A stretch of 64,000 nucleotides of DNA from Arenicellales bacterium (GTDB lineage Bacteria > Pseudomonadota > Gammaproteobacteria > Arenicellales > JAHEKD01), in the NCBI GenBank assembly GCA_965204695.1, contig OZ242007.1:296480-360479 (forward strand), given 5' to 3'. The position numbers and the translations under genes are program-made. Below the pieces are notes generated by a model that was not told the origin of the DNA, did no database searches, and saw only the letters and a program-made list of their open reading frames with translations. This document shows, one piece after another, positions 53,312 through 63,035 of the stretch. Numbering within the stretch: the first letter of the stretch is position 1; each line of letters starts with the position of its first letter.

Positions 53312-54822
53312 GCGAATTACAAACCCGTGAAGAATACCAAGCCATTGCCGATAATTTAACGCTGCCAAGCACCAGCTTTATTGACGGCTCATTCAGAGCA
53401 TCTAAATCAGGCAAGACCTTTGCTAGTGTTAATCCGGCCACTGGCGATGGATTAGCCCAAATCGCAGCTTGTGATGCTGCGGACGTTGATTTTACTGTCC
53501 AAAAAGCTAAGGAAGCCTTTGAAGATGGTCGTTGGCGCTGTATGCATCCCTCAGACCGTAAAAATGTGTTGATTCGCTTGTGTAAACTCATTACCCGCAA
53601 TCGTAAAGAACTGGCTGTGATGGAAAGCCTGGATTCTGGCAAGCCGATCAAAGACTGCGTAGAAATCGACATTCCCGAAACTATTCACACGATTAAGTGG
53701 CATGCCGAAGCCATCGACAAGATCTATGACCAAACGGCTCCAGTTGGTGATGATGCCATGGCTATGATAGTTCGTGAACCAATCGGCGTTGTCGGTGCAG
53801 TACTGCCCTGGAATTTCCCGATGTTAATGATGGCCTGGAAAATTGGTCCGGCTTTGGCTGCCGGTAATTCTGTCATTGTTAAGCCCGCTGAACAAACTTC
53901 ATTGACAGCACTTCGAATTGCCGAGTTGGCAATGGAAGCCGGTATTCCCTCTGGTGTATTAAATGTAATCACTGGCATGGGGCCTGATGTCGGCCAACCT
54001 TTGGGTTTGCATAATGATGTCGACATGGTCAGTTTTACTGGCTCAACCGAAACTGGCGCACGCTTTTTACACTACGCAGCAGATTCTAACTTGAAGAAAA
54101 TCGTACTTGAATGCGGCGGTAAAAACCCTTGTGTCGTTTTGCAGGATGCCGAAAACCTGGATCGAATCGCCGCCCATGTCGTCAATGCTGCGTTCTGGAA
54201 TATGGGTGAAAACTGTTCGGCGAATTCCCGTTTAATCGTGCATGAAAATATCAAGGACGCTCTGGTCGAGAAAATTCTGCAAAACGCAAATGAATGGCGC
54301 ACTGGCGATCCGCTCGATCCGGTAAATCAACTCGGTGCTCTGGTCGATAAAGAACATTTCAACAAGGTCTGTTCATACCTGGATAAAGGTAAACAAGAAG
54401 GTGCTACTGCGATTTTGGGCGGCGATAGTTTCAACGATGCATTTGTAAATCCAACTATTTTTGACGGCGTCACTCATGATCAAACCATCGCCAGAGAAGA
54501 AATCTTCGGGCCGGTAATGTCCATTTCAACAATACGAAACTACGATGAAGCTATTCAATTGGCGAACAACACCGAATACGGATTGGCTGCTTCGGTATTT
54601 ACAGCTAATAACAAAAAAGCTTTACGAGCTGCACGCTCAATTCGAGCTGGCACCGTAACAGTTAATTGTTATGGTGAGGGCGACATTACCACACCATTTG
54701 GTGGCTACAAAAAGTCGGGATTTGGTGGACGTGATAATTCGATTCATGCACACGATCAATACACTGAGATGAAAACCATTTGGGTGGATTTATCGGATGA
54801 TGATGCGGATTACTTGTCCTGA
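53308..54822 (+). CDS. Aldehyde dehydrogenase (PuuC-like)
   Basis: PWNFP, KPAEQT, FTGST, LECGGK, GENCS, EEIFGP, PFGGYK.SG. Confidence 0.92.
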   Translation: MSELQTREEYQAIADNLTLPSTSFIDGSFRASKSGKTFASVNPATGDGLAQIAACDAADVDFTVQKAKEAFEDGRWRCMHPSDRKNVLIRLCKLITRNRKELAVMESLDSGKPIKDCVEIDIPETIHTIKWHAEAIDKIYDQTAPVGDDAMAMIVREPIGVVGAVLPWNFPMLMMAWKIGPALAAGNSVIVKPAEQTSLTALRIAELAMEAGIPSGVLNVITGMGPDVGQPLGLHNDVDMVSFTGSTETGARFLHYAADSNLKKIVLECGGKNPCVVLQDAENLDRIAAHVVNAAFWNMGENCSANSRLIVHENIKDALVEKILQNANEWRTGDPLDPVNQLGALVDKEHFNKVCSYLDKGKQEGATAILGGDSFNDAFVNPTIFDGVTHDQTIAREEIFGPVMSISTIRNYDEAIQLANNTEYGLAASVFTANNKKALRAARSIRAGTVTVNCYGEGDITTPFGGYKKSGFGGRDNSIHAHDQYTEMKTIWVDLSDDDADYLS

Positions 54823-54826
54823 GCAA

Positions 54827-54970
54827 TGTCATCCCGCACCCATTCGAGTATAAAACCGAAGTGGAGGGATCTCCTTGGGTTGAATTTCATATCAAGAAAA
54901 GTAACGACTTTGATCAACGCTCTAACAGTCTTTAGGAGATCATCACGCCACTTCGTGGCTCATGATGACA
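54827..54970. repeat. REP-like family C, copy 3, with an inverted partner palindrome
   Basis: TGTCATCCCGCACCCATTCGAGTATAAAACCGAAGTGGAGGGATCTCC ... GGAGATCATCACGCCACTTCGTGGCTCATGATGACA. Confidence 0.65.
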
Positions 54971-54978
54971 ATTAGTAA

Positions 54979-56316
54979 GTGAAGGTCAACAAACTCCCTA
55001 TCGATACCGGCGCAAGTGGTTGGAACGAAGTATTACCTCCTCCCCTGCCTGCCAGAGTTCTTGAGGATACGATTACAACTGACTGGCTGGTCATCGGCGC
55101 TGGTTTTGCCGGCCTGGCCGCAACACGCAGACTTATACAACTGCAAGCCGCTGATCGAATAACCCTAATAGATGCCTGTCGTGTTGGACAAGGCCCAGCT
55201 GGCCGTAACTCCGGCTTTATGATTGACTTGCCTCATGATTTGGCTTCGGATAACTATTCTGGTGCAGCTCAATCTGATAAGGATGAGATTTTCCTTAATC
55301 GCACTGCAATTCTCTTCGCCCGGCAAGGCGCTGAAGAAGCAGAGTTGGAAAAAGGTATTTTCAATCCATCTGGCAAAGTGAATGCAGCCGCCACTGAAAA
55401 AGGCATTAAGCACTTGCAGGATTACCAAAAGCACCTGTCGGCGCTTGATGAAGAATGTTCAGCACTTGACGAACAAGATATGACCGAATTGACAGGAACA
55501 AATTTCTACAAATCCGGCTTGGTTACTCCGGGTGCAGCAATCATTCAACCCGCCGCTTATGTGCGTGGCATCGCAAACTATTTATCCACCAAGGTTGACT
55601 TATATGAAAACACACCTGCGGTTAGCTTTGAGAAAGTTGGTCATACTTATACCGTTAACACCCCCAAGGGTAGTATTAAAACACCCAAAATCATTCTGGC
55701 TGTAAATGGCCATGTACAATCGTTTGGTTTTTTCAAACAGCAACTTATGCATGTTTTTACCTATGCTTCAACCACACGGCAACTCACTGAGGATGAAGTT
55801 TATCGACTCGGCGGCAAGCACCAATGGAATATTATTCCTGCTGACCCGATGGGAACAACGGTAAGACGAATAACAGGCAAATTATTCGGTGGCGACAGAA
55901 TTGTCGTGCGCAATCGCTTTACTTACGATCCTTCCATGCAGATCGATGAGTCGCGTCTTCAGTCTATCTCGACTTCTCACAGATTGAGTTTTAACAGACG
56001 TTTTCCAACACTCAAACATGTTGAAATGGAATATTGTTGGGGTGGACGCTTATGCTTATCCCGAAATAACGTTCCCGCCTTTGGTGAGGTGCAAAGCAAC
56101 ATTTATTCTGCTGCATGTCAAAATGGATTAGGAACAACTAAAGGCACCTTGTCTGGAATGCTAGCCGCTGAATTAGCGACGGACACTAAATCTAATTTAC
56201 TAGAATTTTATTTAAAGCAACAAGCACCACAAAAATTATTGTCGGAACCCTTTATGTCCTTAGGTGCTAAAGCAGTACTCAAACTTAAAGAATGGCAAGC
56301 CAACATAGAACTTTAA
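54979..56316 (+). CDS. FAD-dependent oxidoreductase (DAO/PuuB-like)
   Basis: IGAGFAGL, GRNSGF, WGG, CQNGLG; GTG start. Confidence 0.88.
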   Translation: MKVNKLPIDTGASGWNEVLPPPLPARVLEDTITTDWLVIGAGFAGLAATRRLIQLQAADRITLIDACRVGQGPAGRNSGFMIDLPHDLASDNYSGAAQSDKDEIFLNRTAILFARQGAEEAELEKGIFNPSGKVNAAATEKGIKHLQDYQKHLSALDEECSALDEQDMTELTGTNFYKSGLVTPGAAIIQPAAYVRGIANYLSTKVDLYENTPAVSFEKVGHTYTVNTPKGSIKTPKIILAVNGHVQSFGFFKQQLMHVFTYASTTRQLTEDEVYRLGGKHQWNIIPADPMGTTVRRITGKLFGGDRIVVRNRFTYDPSMQIDESRLQSISTSHRLSFNRRFPTLKHVEMEYCWGGRLCLSRNNVPAFGEVQSNIYSAACQNGLGTTKGTLSGMLAAELATDTKSNLLEFYLKQQAPQKLLSEPFMSLGAKAVLKLKEWQANIEL

Positions 56317-56471
56317 ATCATAACTTCAGAAACTTCTAACAGACTTGGAATTACTAATAAGCTGATGCAATTCGTGAACTCATTGGGATAGAGGTAAGCG
56401 CCAAATTAAGGGTAGGATTTTCAATTGAGGTGTAATCTGCCAGAGTCTAGTTTTCAACATTGGAGACTTAA

Positions 56472-56810
56472 ATGCTGGCAAGAACAATAACGGCGAAGCA
56501 AAAGCTATGGCTAAGCCATGTTAAAGCAGCTGATGCTAGTGACAGCAGTATTGCCGACTACGCCGAAGCCCACGGATTACGCTTAAAGACACTTTATCAA
56601 TGGAAGACGAAGTTGGTTAAACTGGGGTTTTACGGACCTGGCGCTGAGTCGAGTCAGTCCGCATTTGTTCCGGTTAGACCGGTACAATCTTCTACTTGTA
56701 TTCCAAGCTGCACGATCAAACTGGTGGATGGGACGAAGATTGAGTTTACCGGTGAATTGGATGCCAAGATAATTCGTTCCATTATTACTAGCAGTGGTTT
56801 GAAGCGTTGA
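56472..56810 (+). CDS. IS66 accessory protein TnpA
   Basis: W..HV...S..SIADYA..HGL...TLYQWK, FVPV, then a short beta domain. Confidence 0.85.
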   Translation: MLARTITAKQKLWLSHVKAADASDSSIADYAEAHGLRLKTLYQWKTKLVKLGFYGPGAESSQSAFVPVRPVQSSTCIPSCTIKLVDGTKIEFTGELDAKIIRSIITSSGLKR

Positions 56811-57135
56811 TCCGTCCATCTGGGGATTCGGTGATTTATTTGTACCGTCAACCTGTTGATATGCGCAAATCTATCAACGGGCTAGTTGCTATAGTAGAGG
56901 GCCAGATGAATCTTGATCCGTTTTCCTCAAAGCTGTTTATTTTCTGTAATACCGCCAGAACGATTATCAAGATGGTTGGCTGGGGCGTATTGAGAAAGCT
57001 CGGTTTCGCTGGCCTATAAATTTGCCAGTAGATCAGGTTGAGTTGAATGCTAGACAGATTAACTGGTTATTGGATGGCTATGATTTAACCTTGTTACAGG
57101 GCCATGCAACATTGCCGCATCACACTGTTCTTTAA
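56807..57135 (+). pseudogene. IS66 accessory protein TnpB, frameshifted by an internal deletion
   Basis: Frame 1 gives PVDMRKSINGL...LFIFCN...IKMVGW; a second frame gives RIEKARFRWP...NWLLDGYD...* (stop 57133-57135). The usual NGFxLxxK segment is missing. Confidence 0.8.
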
Positions 57136-57172
57136 GGGGTTTTAAAGTTATTGGCATGGTAAAATACAGCCC

Positions 57173-58789
57173 ATGAATCAACGCATTGAATCCCTACCGA
57201 ATGAGCCAGAACAACTCAAGAAATTAGTGATTCGACTTCAAGATAAATGTACTCATCTTGAAACAGAACTATCGACAGAACAGACTAAAACCAAACACCA
57301 ATCGGATTATATTAACCAGTTGATTGAAGCGATTGCCTTGGCCAAACAACAACACTTCGGCTCACGCAGTGAAACGTTTAATGGTGACCAGCTCTCACTA
57401 TTATTCAATGAAGCGGAAGCCTTATCTGATCATGATAATTCTAAAGAGAATGCTGACGCTGATGATGAAAACAAAACCTTAGTTGAAGCGCACGCTCGTC
57501 GTAAAGGCAAAGGAGGCCGCAAGAAGCTGCCGAATCATTTTCCCCGAATCGAAGTTGTGCATGTACTAGATGAATCGGAATGCACCTGTGACCATTGTCA
57601 GAGCCAGCTTGTTGAAATGGGGGAGAAGACCTCTGAGCAAATTGAACTCATTCCGATGACAGTTAAGGTCATCAAACACAGCAAAAAGACCTACAGCTGC
57701 CCAAATTGCAAGCAAACGATTAAGGCCGCGAAGCTACCACCACAGCCGATTCCAGGCAGTATCGCTAGTCCTGGGACACTTGCGCATATCGTGGTGGGTA
57801 AATATATCAATGGAATGCCACTCTACCGTCAAGAACAGGCATTTAAACGGCTCGATATTCCGCTCAATCGTTCTACGCTAGCAAATTGGATAATCAAAGC
57901 CGGACTATTGTTCCAACCGTTGATCAATTTGATGCGTGAATCGATGTTGAGCTATGACATACTGCAGATGGACGAGACACAGTGTCAGGTTTTAAAGGAA
58001 CCGGGTAAAACACCGCAAAGTCAGTCTTACATGTGGCTACAGCGTGGTGGGCCACCGGATCAGCGAATCATTCTTTACGACTATGCGCCGAGTCGATCAC
58101 AACAAGTTCCGGTTGATCTTTTAGGTGACTATTCGGGTTATCTGCAAACCGATGGTTATGAAGGTTACAACAAAGTGTGTGCTGACAACGAGATTATACA
58201 AATTGGTTGTTGGGCGCATGTGCGGCGCAAGTTCGATCAGGCAATTAAAGCTCAGGGAAAGCTCAAGACGAAGAAACTGCCGTTAGCCAAGCAAGCGTTG
58301 CAACGCATCCAATTGTTGTATCGAATTGAGAAGCAGGCTAAAGATATTGATGCTGATCAGCGTTTGGTTTTACGGCAGACTCGATCTATTCCCATTCTTA
58401 ATGATCTTAGAAAATGGCTGGATAAACATTTACCTGTCGTGGTCAAGCAGTCAGCCTTGGGTAAGGCCATACACTATATGGATAAACAGTGGGATAAGTT
58501 AACAGTCTATACGACAGATGGCCGATTAACTATCGACAACAATCACTGCGAGAATGCCATCAGGCCGTTTGTCATTGGTCGCAAGAATCATTTGTTCTCA
58601 GATACCGTATCAGGCTCCAAGGCTAGTGCTAATCTCTATTCACTGATTGAAACGGCCAAGGCAAATGACCTTGAGCCGTATCAATACCTGAAATTGGTAT
58701 TTACAGAATTACCCAAAGCCACCATTGTTAAGCAGATTGAAGGCTTGCTGCCATTCAAACCCAATATTGAGTTGGATGAGGCCGCATAA
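57173..58789 (+). CDS. IS66 DDE transposase TnpC
   Basis: FGSRSE, zinc finger, PLYRQ, MDET, LQTDGYEGY, CWAHVRRKF, IDNNHCENAIRP...GRKN.LF. Confidence 0.95.
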   Translation: MNQRIESLPNEPEQLKKLVIRLQDKCTHLETELSTEQTKTKHQSDYINQLIEAIALAKQQHFGSRSETFNGDQLSLLFNEAEALSDHDNSKENADADDENKTLVEAHARRKGKGGRKKLPNHFPRIEVVHVLDESECTCDHCQSQLVEMGEKTSEQIELIPMTVKVIKHSKKTYSCPNCKQTIKAAKLPPQPIPGSIASPGTLAHIVVGKYINGMPLYRQEQAFKRLDIPLNRSTLANWIIKAGLLFQPLINLMRESMLSYDILQMDETQCQVLKEPGKTPQSQSYMWLQRGGPPDQRIILYDYAPSRSQQVPVDLLGDYSGYLQTDGYEGYNKVCADNEIIQIGCWAHVRRKFDQAIKAQGKLKTKKLPLAKQALQRIQLLYRIEKQAKDIDADQRLVLRQTRSIPILNDLRKWLDKHLPVVVKQSALGKAIHYMDKQWDKLTVYTTDGRLTIDNNHCENAIRPFVIGRKNHLFSDTVSGSKASANLYSLIETAKANDLEPYQYLKLVFTELPKATIVKQIEGLLPFKPNIELDEAA

Positions 58790-58873
58790 AACTTGTCCGG
58801 TTCAGCAATCAACAAGGATTGAAGCAATAACCTTTAATTTAAGAGGAACCCATGACAAAATTGAGGATGCCCT

Positions 58874-59230
58874 ATGATTGAAAGAGTTCAAGGTAGCCAA
58901 GCCCCAGGTAGAAGCCAATCAACTCGCTATAATGATTTAATTTGGACAGTTGCCTGTGCCGAGGATGAAAGTTTAGATTTGGCGGGTCAAACTGCCCAGG
59001 CATTAAATGTACTTGATGATAATCTTGCTGAGCTGGGTTCAGACAAAACCAAAATCGTATCTGCCCAAGTATTTATCGCCAGTATCGATGACAAACCTAT
59101 CATGGATAAAGTCTGGCGAGAGTGGATAGGAAGCAATCCAGACCATTGGCCACAACGCGCTTGTTTGGGTGTTGATCTTGGCGGAGATTGGTTAATAGAA
59201 ATCGTCGTGACTGCTGTCAGAGAAATTTAA
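58874..59230 (+). CDS. RidA/YjgF-family (YoaB-like) protein, passenger inside IS66
   Basis: QT...L...D..L...GSDK, MDKVW.EW, P.RAC, IEIVVTA; GAGG RBS; ends 7 bp before the IRR. Confidence 0.85.
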   Translation: MIERVQGSQAPGRSQSTRYNDLIWTVACAEDESLDLAGQTAQALNVLDDNLAELGSDKTKIVSAQVFIASIDDKPIMDKVWREWIGSNPDHWPQRACLGVDLGGDWLIEIVVTAVREI

Positions 59231-59231
59231 G

Positions 59232-60713
59232 TTACGTCCTTAATTTGGCGCTTACGGATATAGAGAGAATAAGACGGTTATTTTCAGATGCCAGCCTACA
59301 AACTTTACTATTTAGTTGCGAGCATTCACGGACAGGATGGTTTTTTAATTTATTACAATCAGCTTTTATGATTCCTTTCTCGATAGCACACCAAATTGGC
59401 ATAGGCAAATCTAGCTCAATAAAAGCCGGATCAACTCTTGATGCCTGGCGAACCCCTTCTAAAATTGCAGGAATACCACGAAACAAATGCGAATTAAGAG
59501 CTGGCCATGGTGCAGAATCAGTTATTACATATACACTATCAATAATTTGCGGTGATTCTTTCACCAACTCGGAAATTGTCTGCTTAATGTTTGTCGTTAC
59601 ACTGGAGAACCAAGCCATATTCGCATATATAAGCTTATGTGCGGGCAGCAGGATCAATATCAACATAAAACCAACTAGTACTTTTGAATTCGTTACCCAA
59701 AAAAACAACATTACTAATACTGCAAATGAACAACCAATCACCAGACCCAATCTTATCGATATGACTGTCCCTAAAGGTGCTGTTATTAAATAGGAAGAAA
59801 GCATTACGGGTAGAACATAAAGTAATAATGGAAAAATACACATTAGCGGCCTATTAAGTTTATCTTGCAATAAAAGCAGCACTAAACACGCTAAAGCCCA
59901 AGCAAACCATCCGATACCTATCCACGACTCATAAAAATACAGTTTCAAATGGCTTATAAAAATAGTAAGGTTTTTACCTAATGCAGAGACCAAATCATAG
60001 ACCGAAGAAACTGGATGTGCCTGCCGCCAACTCGGTAACTCCGGCAGATACCCAAAATAAGAATATTGCATTAATTTAGCGACTAAATACCCAGCGACAA
60101 TAGCTAACAACCATATGAAAACTGAAATAAGAGCATTAGAAATATTTTTATTTAAGCTATTTTTTGCAAGATCAGTTTGATTGGGTAAAAGAAACAAAAG
60201 AGACAAAAAGGAAAAAGTTTGCAATGTACCAAATAAAACAATAGTACCGATAATGACAACCCATCGTTTGGAAAAACGTTTTGACAAATAAGCCATAATC
60301 GCTAAAACCACAATCCCAGCCAAAGAATGTGTTGGCCAATGAAGTTGGGAAATAAATGCGGGATTTATAACAAAGCATGATGAAATCACTACCGCAAGGA
60401 CTTTTAACCGCTCATCACCGAGAAATTGACTCACAATCACATAGCCCACATACCAAAACAGTAAAAATGCTAAAGTCCAGGAAGCATTTGCAGGAACTGC
60501 GCCCAAAAGTTTATGAAATGCGGGCGCTACCCAACGCAAATTCAATTTAAATTCCGTGATCTCACTGGATGAATATTTCCACGCATCCTGACGCCAGAAC
60601 CCATATTCGATAACCAGGTTCCAGTATTGAACAAAAGAAAAAAGACAAGCGATTAACAAAAACAGATCCAGCGGACTAGAAATGAAATGTAGTCTTTTAT
60701 AGGACTTAGTCAA
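59232..60713 (-). CDS. Polytopic membrane protein, putative GT-C (GtrII-like) glycosyltransferase
   Basis: About 11 TM segments, early periplasmic D (WRQD) and a soluble C-terminal domain; co-transcribed with the DprE-like genes; last 7 codons come from the IS66 right end. Confidence 0.55.
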   Translation of the reverse strand: MTKSYKRLHFISSPLDLFLLIACLFSFVQYWNLVIEYGFWRQDAWKYSSSEITEFKLNLRWVAPAFHKLLGAVPANASWTLAFLLFWYVGYVIVSQFLGDERLKVLAVVISSCFVINPAFISQLHWPTHSLAGIVVLAIMAYLSKRFSKRWVVIIGTIVLFGTLQTFSFLSLLFLLPNQTDLAKNSLNKNISNALISVFIWLLAIVAGYLVAKLMQYSYFGYLPELPSWRQAHPVSSVYDLVSALGKNLTIFISHLKLYFYESWIGIGWFAWALACLVLLLLQDKLNRPLMCIFPLLLYVLPVMLSSYLITAPLGTVISIRLGLVIGCSFAVLVMLFFWVTNSKVLVGFMLILILLPAHKLIYANMAWFSSVTTNIKQTISELVKESPQIIDSVYVITDSAPWPALNSHLFRGIPAILEGVRQASRVDPAFIELDLPMPIWCAIEKGIIKADCNKLKNHPVRECSQLNSKVCRLASENNRLILSISVSAKLRT

Positions 60714-60719
60714 TTTTTC

Positions 60720-61457
60720 TCATAGCCGCATCCTAACGAATACAAACTCAGGAACTAGTTTTATCGCCAGCATTATTAGTTGCCAAAAAAATGGAACGTA
60801 AACAGTATGTTTTTTCTTGTCAATGGCAGCAACAATCTTGGCAGCAATAACATCTGGTTTTACCCAGAGCATTCCTTTTTTAAAATCTGCGGTCATCGGT
60901 GTATCGACAAAACCAGGTCTAATATCAATCACATGAACATTAGAGCTATGCAGCCTATTTCTGAGCCCCTGGAGAAATATAGAAACCATCCCTTTCGCGG
61001 TACCATAGACGTAATTCGATTGCCTACCTCTATCACCGGCAACACTCGTAATAACTGCTATGCTTCCACTTTTTTGCTTTTCAAGTTTATTCGCAATATG
61101 AGTCAAAAGAGAAATTGTACCCGTCGCATTCGTATTAAGCTCTTCCAATGTTATACCGACATCACTTTCACAAACCTTTTGCTCGGGCAGCGTGCCGTGT
61201 GCAATTAACACAATGTCTATCTTGCCCAGTGCATTAAACGCCTTGTTTATAAGCTGCTCATGGACTTCAACTTCGTTTACGTTTAATTGAGCAAAATCGA
61301 ATGTGGTTCCATTACGGATGCTGAGATCCTTTGCTATAGCATTGAGGCGGTGCATATTGCGGGCAACAAGATAAAGCTGATCTCCTCTTTGTGCAAAAAT
61401 CCTGGCTATCGCTTCAGCTATAGCTGAGGTAGCACCTATAATCAATACATTGTTCAT
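60720..61457 (-). CDS. DprE2-like SDR (polyprenyl-phospho-2-keto-pentose reductase)
   Basis: IIGATSAIA, SVAGDRGRQSNYVYGTAK, GLRNRL, RPGFVDTPMT. Confidence 0.8.
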   Translation of the reverse strand: MNNVLIIGATSAIAEAIARIFAQRGDQLYLVARNMHRLNAIAKDLSIRNGTTFDFAQLNVNEVEVHEQLINKAFNALGKIDIVLIAHGTLPEQKVCESDVGITLEELNTNATGTISLLTHIANKLEKQKSGSIAVITSVAGDRGRQSNYVYGTAKGMVSIFLQGLRNRLHSSNVHVIDIRPGFVDTPMTADFKKGMLWVKPDVIAAKIVAAIDKKKHTVYVPFFWQLIMLAIKLVPEFVFVRMRL

Positions 61458-61460
61458 TAT

Positions 61461-62779
61461 TTAAAAACCCAGACGCTTTGATTGCAACGAGTTAAACACC
61501 CCATCAGCGCCATATTGCCTTCGGACGGCCATAAACTGATCCAGTCTGTGGTAACTTTGCTTAAACATACTTTCAGGCATTCGGGCATCTTTAGCCATGT
61601 ATAGCCTACCTCCATGCTCAAGCACTATCTTATCCAGTTCATCCAGCAGTTCAAATAAACCCGATTGAACTTTAAAGTCCAGTGCCAATGTATAGCCCTC
61701 AGTTGGAAAGGACAGGAAATTCTCATTCGCTGGGCCTAAAGCTTTAAGTACAGCAAAATAAGAACTGAACTTAGATTCAGAAATTTTTTTCAGTACCGAG
61801 GTCATCCCTGACAACCCGGCTTGCTTAGGTATAACAAACTGATATTGGGCAAAACCTTTCTTGCCATATATCCGGTTCCATTGGTGGATACTATCGAGAG
61901 GGAAAAAAATGACTCATAGTGCACAAGCCGTTCAACATAGTCCCCAGCAATTCGATGATAATAAAGAAAATTGAAAGCGCGAATGCTGTATCCGCGAATG
62001 CTGTATCGGTTTAACAAAATACCGGGCATATCCACAGGAATTACCAACTTCCTTTTTTTCCCGAGAGCAAGTTCTCCATGTGTTGCATGTTCACCAAATA
62101 CGAATAATGACTTACCTAGCGATTGGCCAACAGACAAACAGTCTATCCATGCAACAGAGTAGCTTCGATCTTGATATTCTTCAAATAAAGCCAATACTCC
62201 TTCGAGATTCTTGGCCTTAATGATGGTTTCATTTATATACGCACTTTGTATCGGTTTCAACTTAAATGTAACTTCAAGTATGATGCCTGTTAGCCCCATA
62301 CCCCCACAAGTTGCATAAAACAATTCAGAACGCAGTTCCCGTGAACATTCTGTAATCCCGATCGTGCCAGTTACAATTTTAAGAGAGACTACATGATCAG
62401 CAAAACTGCCTTCCTGATGATGATTTTTACCATGCACATCACTTGCAACAGCACCACCCACAGTGATGAATTTGGTTCCTGGTGTAACCGGTAAAAACCA
62501 ACCTTTAGGCACGAATACGCTTAAAACGTCTGATAAACAAACACCCGCGGAGCAGGTCAATAGTCCTGTCGTTTTATCAAAATTGATAAAGTGATCCAAA
62601 CGGGCAGTGCTGATCACATGTGAGGCTAATGAGCTGTCACCGTAACTTCTACCAAGACCACGAGCAATAAGTGTACTTTGTATATTGTCAGGCAAGCCAG
62701 TGAGCACACTCTCATTACTATGAGGGCTTATTATTTCTGAGTTTATTGAAGGGTATTTACCCCATCCAGTTAATGCCAT
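61461..62779 (-). pseudogene. DprE1-like FAD-binding oxidoreductase split by a single-base frameshift
   Basis: RGLGRSYGD, VTPGTKFITVGGA.ASDVHGKNHH, GGMGLTG, YSVAWID; C-terminal GYTLALD...GGRLYMAKD. One extra T in the T7 run (61903-61909) restores FFFPLDSIHQWNRIYG. Confidence 0.85.
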
Positions 62780-63035
62780 CTAATCTCATACTCGATGATT
62801 AAAAACGATTTATCAATCCGATATTTGATGAGCCCCCTGGATGAGTTCTAACTAAACTTGTAGATATAATACACTGAACTTTAGGGTACTGTGTTAAGAC
62901 TTGATTTTTAGAATTTAATCAATTTAGTAACTTCAAGATGCTGGTATAGCATCGCTGATTCCAACCGGAATACTTTAAGCGTTTGGTTTGAAGCTTTTTT
63001 CCAGATGTTTCTGTGCGCCATGTTTATTTTGTATT

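Larger units (their letters stand above)
56394..59255 (+). mobile_element. IS66-family element carrying a RidA passenger gene (2862 bp)
   Basis: Perfect 18-bp IRs GTAAGCGCCAAATTAAGG (56394-56411) and CCTTAATTTGGCGCTTAC (59238-59255); 8-bp flanks GGATAGAG / GGATATAG (7/8 match). Confidence 0.9.

Noticed and set aside
59188-59793. 201-aa plus-strand ORF
   Set aside because: Antisense shadow of the membrane-protein gene; it crosses the IS66 end and has no recognisable motifs.
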